From NCBI GenBank assembly GCA_026914245.1, contig CP110439.1, forward strand, positions 5,146,001 to 5,210,000: a stretch of DNA of 64,000 nt. Direction: 5' to 3'. Each line of letters starts with the position of its first letter. The first letter of the stretch is position 1. The position numbers and the translations under genes are program-made. Positions 1 to 12,909 of the stretch are shown here, piece after piece. Source of the stretch: Puccinia triticina. Its lineage: Eukaryota. The notes under the pieces are model-generated. The model was not told where the DNA came from and ran no database searches. It saw nothing but the letters and a program-made list of their open reading frames with translations.

Positions 1-1038
1 GAATTACAGCTGGAGGAATTTCCTGAGGCAGAAACTGTTGGCTCACCCCCTGTATTTATATCCCGCGCTCCTCCCAATTCCTGGTGGCCACTGGCCACCT
101 CTTCCTTGCCTCAAGTGCTGGTGCATCCCGACAGGACCCAGGAAAGCCCCTATGGAACACAGTAACCAAAATGTATGATTTTTTTGTCAAAAATCAAAAA
201 ACCTACACACCCCAGATGTATGAATGGTCATTTTGGCCGGTAAAGGTACTCACCTCAATTGTATGAATTTTTTCTGAGGGCAAGGGGGGTAGTAACCAAA
301 AATGTATGAGAATCAGGGGCTCAAGCTAAGGTTGAAAGCCTTGTCTGTAATGATTTTTCAGTCTGAATCAAGTCTACAGTTCTAGGCTGGAGCGGTGCCA
401 CACTCATGACCTACCCTCCGGCTGCGGCTCCAGTACCACCGCCACAAGTATATACAAAGTATATCAATCCACCACCCCCTGCGCCACCCAATCCATCCAC
501 AGGTTGCATCCCACTTTCTGCCCTTCTTATTAACCCTGCCCAAGTGACCCCATTCCCCCCCCCCCCCCCCCCCCCCCCTCAACAGTTACAGCAGTCTGGT
601 TCCCAGTTTTTTTCCTTTCTTGCCCCCCCTCTCCACCCCCCCCCCTGGCAGCAGCATCAATGCTGCCCAAAAAAACGTAGGCACAAAATTTGTATGAATT
701 TTTAGACCAAGCTCTGAACCTACACACAAAACATGTATGAATGAGCTCCAAAAATGTATGAATTATTCAAAAATATGGAAATTTAGGTTACTGTGTTCCA
801 TAGGGGCTTTACTGGGTCCTATCCCAATTATTACCATGACACACTCCCCACCTCGTCTCAAAAACTCCATGAGTATGTGGCTAAACCAAACATCACTTCA
901 TTTGCTTCTAACAACCATTGCCAACATACAAGCCGTTCTTCCGTACTCCCTCATGTCCCAAGCAAACTTTGCTGCAACTGTAGCCATTACCAAGTTTGAC
1001 CCCTACACGTCCATGTGAACCAAGAATTTTCTAAACTC

Positions 1039-1476
1039 GTCAGCCACAGCTTCATCCAACCATGCCCCTGCCTGCCCGTGCACCACACCATCCTCGCCCC
1101 AACTAACTCGTGCCAATTGGGGTTTGGATGAAGTATTGGCTTCACATTGCAATGCGCCGCATAGAATCCTTAGCTGGCGCTGTTGTTGGCTGCGCTTCTC
1201 GCCAAGCTGAGCCAGGCAAACAGGTGGACCCTGCCCCACCCGCTCCATGAAATTCTTGTCAGCCACAGCGTCATCCGACCAGGCCCCTGCCCGCCCGTGC
1301 GCCACACCATCCTTGCCCTGACTAACTTGTGCCAATTGGGGTTTGGATGAAGTATTGGCTTCACATTGCCATGCGCCGCGTAGAATCCTTAGCTGGCGCT
1401 GTTGTTGCCTACTCTGCTCGCCAAGCTGAGCCAGGCAAACAGGTGGACCCAGCCTGCTCCACCCACCATGACATTC
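1039..1476. repeat. Diverged tandem duplication, 2 x 219 bp
   Basis: gtcagccacagc...caggtggaccc begins at 1039 and again at 1258, with scattered substitutions. Confidence 0.9.
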
Positions 1477-1675
1477 TCCTCGGCGCCTGCCTTGCCTGAT
1501 CCTCAGCGGCGACAGAAGCACCCAAAAACAAATTGTCTGAAAGAAACAAACGCAGAGCCACTGGCAGTGATGGACCCTAAGAAACCAACCAAGCAAACTC
1601 TGGAATAGATCGGGCGATCGGGCAATCGGGCAAACTCAGTGTTCTTGCGCGCAGAGATAAGAGAGATTTAATATG

Positions 1676-4600
1676 GGGGACATAGATTTTTACAAAGTGC
1701 CTTTTACAGGGTGCAAGGCCCTGTAAAAGTTGCACAGCGTAAAATTATCAAAACATGGGGGTTATGTGTAGTTTCACAAAGTGCCGGCCCCATTTTCCAC
1801 CTTGCAAAGGGATTCCCTGCAAAAAACACTTTGCATTATGCTACCCTCATTGTTTCAACTACAGTATTACACTACCAAGTTTACGGTGCGGCCAGGTGTA
1901 CTGTTTAAATCTCCAAATTGGAGGTCCCACGTGGAATTTTACTATCATACAGCCAAAATAATCAATAACAGGGCTTGCAAAAATACAGCTTCTGCGGTTT
2001 TCCATTAAAAAATACAAGCACAGATGGAACTGTGTGCATGTGTGTATCAAGCAGATGAGGACGTGGTCGGAGCCGACCATATGTAACAGCCCAATTGATC
2101 CATCCCAATATAAGCGCTCGTCCCCTCTTTCGTGGCTCATTTCCCCCTATCCCGGACCACAAACCTGTCCGGCTAGTCCAATGTCCACCTCTCCCTCAAT
2201 AGACCATGACCCACCCGGGTCCAACCCATCAGATGAAGTTCTCTCAAATAACCCATCCAATCTAGTCCTCTCAAATCCGTTGAGTGTAGTTACCAAGTGG
2301 GAGTTGCCACTTGATTTTGCAAGCTTCCGGACGTTCATAGATCATGGATGTACCTTAGACCGTGAAAACTACCCAATCTACCCAAATGGCGCCACCACGT
2401 TTGTCAAGGAGGCCGATCAGATAATCGTAAATTTTGGATCCGTCGGATTTACGAAAACCACCGGAGTGGAGAAGCGAGCCAAAGGCATCTGGAAAGTCCA
2501 GAGGGTCTATTGCCTTGGGGTCCTGGTTTGTGATATGGACACTTGTCAGTGGGTCGGCTCACCCCCAACTGCCAGAGGTGCCATCCAGGAGTACATTGAT
2601 AGGTGAGTTTTTTGAGTTTTATTGGTCACTCTGCTGTTGATTCCGCAAAAAAATTAAAATCATCATGCTCTTTTTCATCTTTAGGGAGCCGCAGTGCCCA
2701 GGAGCCGCCGGCCAATGCCCAGGAAAAGTCATCTGGGTTTCTTGCAACGAGACAGCAACACGATTTGATTTTCATGTCCCGTCCGGGTGGGCATTACTCC
2801 GACATCGAGGTGTGCATGATCATCCATGGCCTGAATCCAAAAAACCCGACCCCCTCTCACGTGCGGATCTCAAAGCTGAGATCGTCAAGAACCCGACCAA
2901 GGGTGCTTTGAAATTAAAGGTATGGCTTTATTTTTTGTTCTGCCACACATAGATTCAGATCATCCACCCTGAATTTTGTTATTGCCAGATGGGTCAATCC
3001 AAAAGCCTTGATGATCCCCTCACCAGTGTCACAGATATCCACAGCTCGCTGGTGAATGCCGATTGTTTGAGATACTACCGTCGCCTCATGCTTTGTGAGC
3101 TCAACATTGTTCCTGACAAGTTAGGAGCCGGTGTTGGCGATAAATTTATGATGGACATGTTCCAATGGAACAAGTAAGTCACATCACATCTGTTCCTGCT
3201 GTTTCAATTAAATTCTTCCCCCTGTTGATTTATTATTCTCTGTTAGGCGCGGTCTGCTGGTGATCTCATTGGGATTTCAGACCGACTCTGAACATTTCAC
3301 CTTCCAAACTAAGTGGATGGCCGACCGGCTGATGGCCCGAGACCAAAACAACGAGGTCTACCAGGGAGGCCTTATATCCGATGTGACATATCGCTTTTTT
3401 GAGAATGGCTATCTCCTTACAACGTCAATGTTTTGCGAGCAAACCGCAAGGTGGATTCCGGTACAACTATCGTGGATTTGGGGCCTCAGCACGAACTATT
3501 ACAAGCTCCACTTCACAGCGCTGTTGAGACAGATTGTTCGGCCAGACCTGACACCTGCCGAGCGGGACTTGATGGTTCGCCAAGTTGTTGATTTCTTGCT
3601 TGCACAATCGGAAGGCTTCAAAGCGGTGTACATGGAAGTCTTCGCATGTACAGACCCTACTCGAGCAGCTAAGATGATCAAGGGTTGTCACCAGCACTTT
3701 CGTGCCCAGGTGACAAGGGTCAGGCGCAATCGCTCAATCCTCGCAGCCGATCAAGATGTAAGTATTAATTGACCTTTCATCATGTTCTCCTTAGCTTCAA
3801 GAGATCTGACAAGCTTTTTTCAGGCTGACTTCCAAAAGAAGTGCATGGCCTTGCTCGATCCGATTGAAGAAGGTGGACCTACACATGAGGGAAAGATTGA
3901 CGAAATACGCCGCCTTTTCCCCAAAACCAAACGTTGGCTCGAGTGGTGGACAATGTCCGATGTCCAAGCCATGCTTTTTCCGTCTTGTCGGCCTATGCTA
4001 GATGATCATCCTGATGGCGACGACGGACTTCCTGATACAACCAATGCCATCGAAAGCATGCATCGGGTCTATTACATGATTAGGTGAGTCTTTTTGGCCT
4101 GCTATGTTGCGCCAAGCTTGATGCTGATTCTTATGATATCTTCAGCTTGGGCAAGAAATGCCTAATGGTAGGCATGGTTGAGCTCTTTAGTTACATCAAC
4201 ATCTTAGAGGAAGAATCTAATGCTGTCATGTGTGGCATCTCAATCGAGTATGGATCTCAGACTAAAATGCAAGTCAACATTTTGCATTCAATGGGGTGGG
4301 CCAAACCCACCAAGTGCAAATTTATCAATGATGGTTGACCCCCCGACACCACTGCTGCTCTTTTGGACGGACCAGATCCATCAACCAAGAAAAAGAATCT
4401 CGGCCGACCAAAAAACTCTCCGAACGTCGACCGAAGCGAGTGGTCAACCTACCAATCGTATGCGGCCTCCTCTGAGGAACACTTACAAAACCGTTGTTGG
4501 ATGGCCGCAGCCATGGAGTCCTTGTTTGCACTGTACAACCCCCTCTGGCTTCGCAACAGCAAGGGGAAAGGGGCGACCCTCTTTTATCATCTTGTTCTCC

Positions 4601-6471
4601 ACTTTGGTTCCCAAACAACCTTCAACATCACCAAGATTGGCCGCATAAAAACAGTCTTGACCAATGGACAGTCAAAATTGTTCAAGATCTGCAACGAACA
4701 GCACCAAGCCAACTTTTGGCCTGGCGCGTTTGCTTTGTGTGACTTCTTCTTGGAGCTCCTATTGGACCCCAAGTTCAATCCAACCAAGGCTTTGAACGGA
4801 CTTTTTGAGCTTGTTGAGCACCGGAAGTTTGTGTGTAACTCGGCCAAGCCATGCCTGGACAAACAAGTCCGATTGGTGACAACCGTCAAAATAGAACGGA
4901 AGATGTTTCAGGAGAACAACGTTGCCGAATCCGATTTACAGGGACTGATCGATGTTTGGACAACTACTGGGCTTTCCAAATCACCCGGACTGGTGTGTTG
5001 GTGCGAATCTGTCTTGGCTTCAAAAAACAAGAAGCCCAAATCAAGGGGCAGACCCCCAAAGGTCAAGAAGGACGATCTCACAAACAAAGTCGAGGTGCTC
5101 TCTCAAACCACGAGAGATACAAATCACTCGGTCCAGTATGTTCGGGAGAACTCTTGGCTAGCCTTCAAAGAAGAACTGCCTCCCCAACATATATACTTTT
5201 TTGCCGAAGTCACCTCAATCACGGATCCAATTGAGCAGCAACAATACATGCGTTCAATGGATTGGCCATACCAACTAAAGGTTTCCGGCGAGAAATACAC
5301 TCTCTTCTCTCGCGGCTTCTGGAACGGACACCACTACTGGTGCAAGGTGGTCCAGAGCGGTCGTGGCAGCACCACCGGTGTATGGTTACACGATGATCAG
5401 CAAAACAAAGGTATTGCTTGACTCGTGAACACTGATGCCTTGTCCATTGGGGGCTGTCATCCATTTACAAGTTGGCTCTTTTACTCCCGTCGCTGGACCG
5501 CTTCAGAGGAGAAATATGTACAGGATTCAATCAGCAAGATAAGCGCTGACCACCCAGATGCCAATGGCGACACCCCCTTTGTGAACTTGGGCAATCTGAT
5601 CAATCCACAAGTTAATTCCAGCCCGGTTAGTTGCAAACAGGAAAGACCTTTCGACGATGACAAGTACATTGTCGATAACTTTGAATATTTGGAAGCTAGC
5701 GAGCCTGATGACAACTTGGACGACGATTCCAGCAAGACCAAATCCAAATTGGGTGAAGAAGACAATGCTATACCCGACTTGAGCGATGAAGAGACTTCTG
5801 TGGTGTCGAATACAACCAAACCCCTCGCCAAGAAAACAATCAAGTTGAAACTGAAGCTCCCTGCACACCCTGCGCAATAATCTCCGCAGAAACGAGTCGC
5901 CGATCCAGCCAAACAGCCCAAATCACCCAACTCCAACTCTCCCCCTTTGGAACAAGCCGATCAACCTGAATCGTCTGCCAATGAAGTCAAGGCAATCCAA
6001 AGAAGGAGTAAGAGGTCCTCTAGGAAGTAATTCCTTGATCTTTCCTCTTTTTTATCGCTCGGTTTCTTTTTTCTTAGTGTTTTGTAAGTAGTCAAGCACC
6101 TTGTGAATTTCATTGGGCAGCCTGTAAATTTACTTTTGCAACGCCCAAAATGATTTTTTACAACCTAAATTTTGCTTGGTAGTCCTCACCACTTGTTAAA
6201 ATCCAGTTTGGAGGTCAAAACTTGAGATTTGCAGGGTGTTCAGTTTACAAAGTGCCACCCTGCAAAAGCGGGGCTTGTAAAAGTCTGCATAGGTAATCTC
6301 ATTGTTACTTTTATGGGGCACTTTTTACATGGCCTCCCTTTGCAAGGTGACAAATCAGGCCACCCCACTGTAAAACTACACATAGCCCCCCCAAATGTAC
6401 ACTTTTACAGGGCCCTTGCTTTACAGGGCCTTGTACCCCGTAAAAAGGACTTTGTAAAAATCATCTGCCCC
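1676..6471 (+). mobile_element. Full-length Mutator-like (MULE/MuDR, GCM-type) DNA transposon
   Basis: Imperfect ~50-bp TIRs (GGGGACATAGATTTTTACAAAG... / ...CTTTGTAAAAATCATCTGCCCC); perfect 9-bp TSD TTTAATATG at 1667-1675 and 6472-6480; internal DDE transposase. Confidence 0.95.
2181..6030 (+). pseudogene. Six-exon MULE transposase (GCM Zn finger + DDE + AT-hook + USP-like peptidase) with three premature stops
   Basis: Frame-preserving GT-AG exons 2181-2602, 2685-2919, 2989-3173, 3247-3757, 3824-4083, 4146-6030. GCM-like YCLGVLVC..C..PQC..C..C..HRGVHDHPWP; DDE motifs LISDVTY, VVDF..AQ, GCHQHF, TTNAIESMH; stops at 4336, 5419, 5878. Confidence 0.9.
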
Positions 6472-6776
6472 TTTAATATGTAAAGTTAATTCTTTTTATA
6501 TGATTGGCACGTTAAACAGGGGATACAACAAAGCAAACAGCCGGATAGATTATCCCCTAGCGCGGTCCTTGCTGTCGCGATGCAGCAACTTTCGTGAGTT
6601 GGGCAAGGTGGTGTCAAAGGTAGCCTTCAAAATGTTCCTGAACTACTTGCCTCACGCCAGCCACAGCCCACAAGTGACAAGCGGCTTGCTTGGATTTACC
6701 CTCCCTCTCCTTCAACAAAAAAGTCCTTGCTGATTTTGTTGAAGTTCCTGAAGATGCTCTTGGTGCACAAGTCAAC

Positions 6777-7142
6777 CCCAGACCTTCCGCGGTCTCAGTT
6801 GGCGGCATGTGGGACAGCCAGATTTGCTGTGTGTTCATCAGAGTAGCACTACAAATGGTCATCATCATCATCCCCTTTGTCAATTGAATCCTGCTTGTTA
6901 TGCTGATTGATATCTGTTGTTCTTCAATTCCTCACAGGGTGGCATGGCCATAGAAGCTAACCCTGGACCTGCCGCGGTCTCAGTTGGCGGCATGTGGGAC
7001 AGCCAGATTTGCTGTGAGTTAATCAGAGTAGCACTAGAAATTGTCATCATCATCCCCTTTGTCAATTGAATCCTGCTTGTTATGCTAATTGATATCCCTT
7101 GTTCTTCAATTCTTCACAGGGTGGCATGGCCATAAAAGCTAA
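6777..7142. repeat. Tandem duplication, 2 x ~185 bp
   Basis: ccgcggtctcagttggcggcatg at 6787 and 6972, with similarity continuing to ggcatggccata. Confidence 0.9.
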
Positions 7143-7786
7143 ATTTGTCTTAGATTTACTTTGTGGCAAAGATAAAACAGATATCAAAGTCAGACTGATC
7201 AAGTATTTGGAAAATGAAATTCTGAAAGCAGATGATTGATTTCTAAATATAAGGTTTTCCCATGTAAGCGGTCATTTTTCCTTTTTCCATACGGCAACCT
7301 TTGAAGTTTGGATCTTCTTCAAAGACATTCCGCGGTCGTATTGAGATTAGACAATGGTCTTCTTCACCCTTCCTTCCCTTTTCTTCTTTATTTACTTCCT
7401 TTTTTTGCTAATGTGATTGATTTAAAGAGTGTGTATTTTCAGCCAAGTATCACTATCTAAACCCAGGTGAAAATGACAAAATGTCCTACTTTCCTCAAAA
7501 ACACAAACCATTAGAATATATATATGCAGCATAATAGCTCATTTGGAAGTTTTAACACAAATATTCTGGGCTACACTTTGGGTTTCCAGAAGGGTAGTTT
7601 GTCAATTTCAGAGCTGTACACCAATTTGTTAGGAATATCAGGTTGTGAATCCAATTTTTCAATCAAAAATTGGAAATGTGTGCCATATGTTTTTCTTCAT
7701 GATTCTTGGAAACTGATTTTTACATAGCCAAGTGCGGTAATCTCATGTTTTTGCAAAAAATTGGAATCAATGGTGAATTCAGAAAT

Positions 7787-8505
7787 GGGGCCAGCTTTAT
7801 GCACTCCAAATATTTACTACATGCACTCCAAAAAAGGAGTGAACGTGTGTCTACGCCAATAAATGTTGGAGTCAACAAAGGTTCACTCCAAAAGTGTGCT
7901 AAATTGGAGTGTTCAGAAGTTCACTCCAATATATATCTGGAGTTATCCTTTGTTCAATCCAAAAGTGTGCTGAATTAGAGTGTTCAGAAGTTCACTCCAG
8001 TATTTATTGGAGTGATGGTCCTGGTCATCAAGAGGGGTGTGTCCTCTCAATGACCGGTTGGTCCCAGTCATTGAGAGGGGTTGTGTCCTCTTGCTCAATG
8101 GCCGGTCCATCCCAGTCATTAAGAGGGGTGTTTCCTCTTGATGGCTGGTCTGTGCCGGTCATTGAGAGGGGTTGTGTCCTCTCAATGACCAGTTGGTCCC
8201 AGTCATCAAGAGGGATATGTCCTGCCCTTGGGGGGCGGCCCAGACCGGCCATTCATGATGGGAGGAGTGCTGGTTTTGAAGTGCCCAGGTTTTCACTCCA
8301 CACCAGCCTGGGGTGCATACTCCAATTTTTGGGGATTTTTGGAGTATTCCACACCAAATATTTTGGAGTGCATGGTTGGGCACTCCAATTTTTGGGGATT
8401 TTTGGAGTATACCATCATCCACTCCAAAAGTTTTGGAGTGAACTACTATTCACTCCATTTTTGGAGTGCATGAAGTAAACCTTTGGTGTGCATTTAGCCT
8501 GCCCC
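7787..8505. mobile_element. Non-autonomous MULE-type MITE with an internal palindrome array
   Basis: ~56-bp TIRs (GGGGCCAGCTTTATGCACTCCAAA... / ...GGTGTGCATTTAGCCTGCCCC); 9-bp TSD TTCAGAAAT at 7778-7786 and 8506-8514. Confidence 0.9.
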
Positions 8506-8608
8506 TTCAGAAATTGAGACTTCCACTTATTTATCTGGTGCTATAGCAGATGTCCAATGTACTTCTTGGAAATATGTGCTTGGACTAGTTAATTACCGCA
8601 AATTACCC

Positions 8609-8638
8609 TTGCAGCGGCGAAGCCGCCTTGGCCTCTAG
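8609..8638 (+). mobile_element. Helitron 3' terminus (5' end not resolved)
   Basis: Hairpin GCGGC-GAA-GCCGC followed by CTAG|T; the same motif occurs on the minus strand at 10448, ~10775 and 48543. Confidence 0.7.
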
Positions 8639-10447
8639 TATTGCTTATAGTACCTGAAAAGAAGTTGTTAATTTTTCTTTCTGAAATATGCTGGTATGTC
8701 ACAACTTAGGTAGACTTAAGCATAGATTTATCATATTCAACAGATTGCTTCCAACACCATTTTATTAATCATATTAATTCAATACTCTTGTTTAGATACA
8801 AGGCCTTTTGTTGGTACTCAGTCTTGTGCTTCAGTGCAGCATTCAATGTTTGGTCATTAGCAGCAGTCAATTTGGTCAGATATATATGGAATTCATGAGA
8901 AAGGGTGGCTTGTGGCAGGCTACAGGCAGGCAATGTGTTATTTCTGCTCAGAGATAAAACAAGAGGAATCTACCTTGCGGGTGCCATGACCCACCAAAGG
9001 GACACACCACAAGCAAAGGAAAAGAGAAAAGCCCACATAAAAATATACGTAAGAAGGCAGGGATGCAGAGATCACACAAATTAAGACGCAAGAAGGCTTC
9101 TGGATTGCGTGAACCCGTCCGCCAGTCTGCTCAACGCCGGGATACCCACCCACCACTTGAAGCAGCCGTTGAATCCAAACAACAGCTCAGTCGCATCCGC
9201 GTCAAGAAGCGTTGCATACTGGAAGATCACTCTGATTGCAACTCGCCACCCACTAGCCTTACCACATTGAAATCTGCCTCTACAAATAAACATCCCAGAG
9301 CCTCCAAATTTTGTCCCAACCTTCTCCCCCTTGTCTCATCTACATCTTGTCCAATTAATTATAGTCCAAACAATCTTTTTGGGGGCCATGAGAAATTTCA
9401 AGTAGCGGGTGGGCCATTTGCGTGGAGGGAAGTCTTTTTGCTTGGTAGGCTGCTGGGTCCTGTGCAACAACAATCTGGCGGCAGAGCTGAACTGGTGTAT
9501 GTAGTCAGGATGGTTGCAAGGGCCTGGTAAAGGTTGTGTGGGGGCCATGCGGAATGACAAGGGGCATGGCAATTGCATGGATGGAAGCCAATATTGAGCA
9601 ACCAGACAAAATGTTGCTGGGGATGCAGACACGGTTGCCAGGGCGGAGCAATGCAGTGATAGCGCCACAGCAGTGGCATTGGTTGTTGTAAAGGTGGGGC
9701 AATGGTGAGACTGGTCACAGAGCAAAGTCTATGAATACTCAACCTGAAGGAAGAGTTATTTCCTCGGGCTGGCTTCCAGCCAGGGGGTTGTCTCACCCCT
9801 GTCTGCTGTTGCACTTGCGCAGTTTGGCAGGGGAATAATCTTAGAAGCATTCAACTTTGGCATCACTGTAAACAAATCAAATAAAATGGACCTGATCACA
9901 AAGGCTGCAGTGGAAGTGATGCTGTTGTATTACTCAAAATGCAACCCAGCAAAGTTTCTTGAGGTTTTTTTGAACCAACATATTTTTGTTTCATGCTTAG
10001 TTTGGATTGGCAAAAGGACTGACCGGATCAAGTATCACCAAGACTTCATGCTCACCAATTTCCCAAAGACGCACAAAATGAGAATCTTCCCCTGGAGATC
10101 ATATTTCTTCAAGACATCTGAACATCTCAAACTCCTTCAAGTCAAAATTCAACCCCACTCAACTAGACTTATTTCTTCAAAAGAAGAAAGTAAGTTTTTC
10201 TTATTTCTTTATGCAACTGAAGTTCTTTGTCAATGAATGGTATATTTATGCTCTCTAATGCTACAAGCTGACAGGAGTTTTTATGGTTCACAGGAAATCA
10301 AATATGATCAGTCTTTTGATAATTCAAATCATTTATTTTTTTCACTCTCTCATCAATCTAATTTTTTGCTAATCTTTCTTTGACTTGATATTCCCTTTTT
10401 TTCTACACCTTGATCTCTTTTTCACCTTTTTCTTCTCTTTTGGAATA

Positions 10448-12894
10448 CTAGAGACCAAGGCGGCTCCGCCGCTGCAAATTCAGTGTTAGGCCTCTACAGA
10501 TTAATTACACAGTTCACCATTATCCCTTTTTACATTGGTAAATTTAACATTAGTTTCCTAATTAGAGGGTGTTCAAAGTTGCCTTGCGTAAAATCATATT
10601 TAAGCTGAAAAAATAGGTTCCAACCAAAAACTCAAAACAGAGCAAAGTTCCAGAATTGTACATAAAAATTTATCACTCAAAAGTGTCATGATTTTATGAT
10701 TTTGTGATTTAAATTCAACTCTCACTGATTTGTATGATCAAATTTTTATGAAACAAATTTGGTATTCAGAATTATAGAGGTCAAGGCAGCTTTGCCGCTG
10801 CAAAATTTAGCTTCAGTTGACTCACCTTCTCTATTTACTCTCCTTGTCTCCCCGGCATTCAAATCTCATGCCCCCCCCATTTAGCCTCCAAGTGTAACTT
10901 CATACAAATATATCCAATATCCCTGAGACACATCAGGTTTTCCTTGCAAGGCTGGCCCCCCTCTATTACAACCATCCATTAATTATAGAAAAGTTTCACC
11001 AAAAATAATTCCTTCCCAAGCATGAATTTTTTTAATCATTCCACATTTTCTAGGACCTGCTTATAGCCCAGAATCTCTTAGCTTTGAGCACTTGTGTCCC
11101 AGCCATGGTGGTATAGCAGGAGGGCTCAATTGTATGTAGGTGTCCTTAGGTTCCCTAAGATGATTGTATATGGATATTATGACTGAAGATAAAGTTTGGC
11201 TGGTACCTTTAGAATTCATGCTTGCTACTGTGCACAGCTAACCTCTCCAGGAACATGTATGATCCTGGATACAACTGAAAAACAAAAGACGTTCTTTTGC
11301 TGTCTCACAGGCAGTTGGTTTTGGTGTATGTTCTTTATTTCTTTTGTTTACCATCTACCTAATTGCTGACCTCTCATAAATTTGTGGCTGCAAAACAAAA
11401 TAATCATGAGAATACAGAAAGAAACAATCAAAAAACAATTTTTGATCAACTGGCTTGGCTCACTTGAGCACTACTTCAAGAGCAGCACTTTTCTCAAGCA
11501 ACATCTTCAAGTGGAGGGGGTGAGTGGGAAAGGGTGATGGGGACAGGCAAGCAAAATTTTCCAGATATTGTTGTTGGGTGCGACACATTCACAGCCAAAG
11601 GATGCGTTGTGGGTGGGAGGGAGCTTGTTAAAGGTCGAGACAAGAGAGCGATGCGAGAGCGGGTCGGCGGCGGACTGGTCGGCTCGCGCGTCGAGTGACA
11701 TACAGCTGAATGTGCGCGAGATCGGCGGGGTGGACGCGGGTGTCAAGGGCGTCGGTTGGCCCTTGTGCGTTGCAGAGCTGTCTAGGAGCTGAATTCAGTC
11801 CGTTCTTCCAAGTCCCTGCACAGAGCAAAAATTAGTTCAACACGACTTCTTTTTCTCCTTTGGTGGCTTTGGAGGAGAAGTCTGGGAGGGCGGGTGAGAA
11901 GGCTTGAGGGGTTCAGACTTGGCGGACTCCAAATTCGAACTGCCCTCTTGGGCCGGCAATTTAGGCGGTTTGATCGTCCGATCCGTCGTCATCTGCCTCG
12001 GCGAAGAGGTGGTAGCTTGAGACATCCTCATCTGTGTCTCGTGTAGCCCTCTGCTAGAGAGGCTCTGATTCGATGCCGAGCTGATCCAACAACGAGCCAT
12101 CTCGCCACCCATGTTACTACCAAGGTAATGCGAACTTCCGCTACCCTTGGACCCTTTGGTCAAGCCAAAGCTGATTGACTTGCGCGGCCCGTTTCGGTTT
12201 TGGTTTTGGAAGGAGCTGGTCGAGCGGGGCGAATATGGAGCTTCAGAGGAATTTCAGCGGAAAAATGGGGAAGCATTGACAGGGGAAAGGAATGTGAGGC
12301 AAAGGAACGGCAGATGTGACGTACAAGTCTGAGTCAGGTTGCGCCACGGTGGTTTGTTAGTGCACAGTGATGATAGGGTGGTGTGTTGGTGGGTTGCAGA
12401 TAGCGACGGTGGATATGTACAATGTCATGGCAAGGGTAACGGTGAATTTGATTCAGAGGGAGTTGAGAAAATGGCGGCGGCGAGTCTAGCAACGCAGCGA
12501 GGAACAAACTGCTTAAAAGAGAGGCAGTGTTTGAGACTATCAATCCCCCAGGGTGATTGGAGATGCTGCACTTCCAGCTATCCATCGCCCTCAACCCCTC
12601 CGCTGTTGCACATGCGCAGTCTGAGGGGCAAAGAGTGGGCCCCCCACGGGTCCGTAGCCTTAGCTGCTGGCCGGGGGCCTTCATGTCCATCCCTTTTGAC
12701 CCGCGCGCTAGACGCGGGCTGGGGGGTGAGCCTGAGTACACAGCTCTGCTGTTGTTGGGGGGCTAGGTTGAGATTTTTTTTTTTGAATGATTATTGTATG
12801 GAGATTAGTGCGGTCATTTTTTGGAAGTTTTACATAAGGGGAAACCCTTGATTTTTTTTTCTCTCTTTTGTTATTTTATAGGGGGAACCCTTGA
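10448..12894 (-). mobile_element. Non-autonomous Helitron, probably two nested copies, with GC-rich cargo
   Basis: 3' hairpin + CTAG|T at 10448 and a decayed copy at ~10775; two A|TCAAGGGTT(T)CCCC 5' ends at 12851 and 12894; 5' region similar to 53080-53313. Confidence 0.7.
10568..10710. mobile_element. Left part of a Tourist/PIF-like MITE
   Basis: GGGTGTTCAAAGTTG...TAAGCTGAAAAAATA matches the copies at 28764 and 48400. Confidence 0.65.
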
Positions 12895-12909
12895 TCCTGT
12901 TTTTTACAA

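Noticed and set aside
556..578. Long C/G homopolymers (also ~47763, ~54112, ~60357) as G-quadruplex elements
   Set aside because: No positional pattern, and homopolymer lengths are unreliable in assemblies.
8938..10236. Short ORFs on both strands
   Set aside because: No recognisable motifs or consistent exon structure; CpG-poor, probably decayed repeat.
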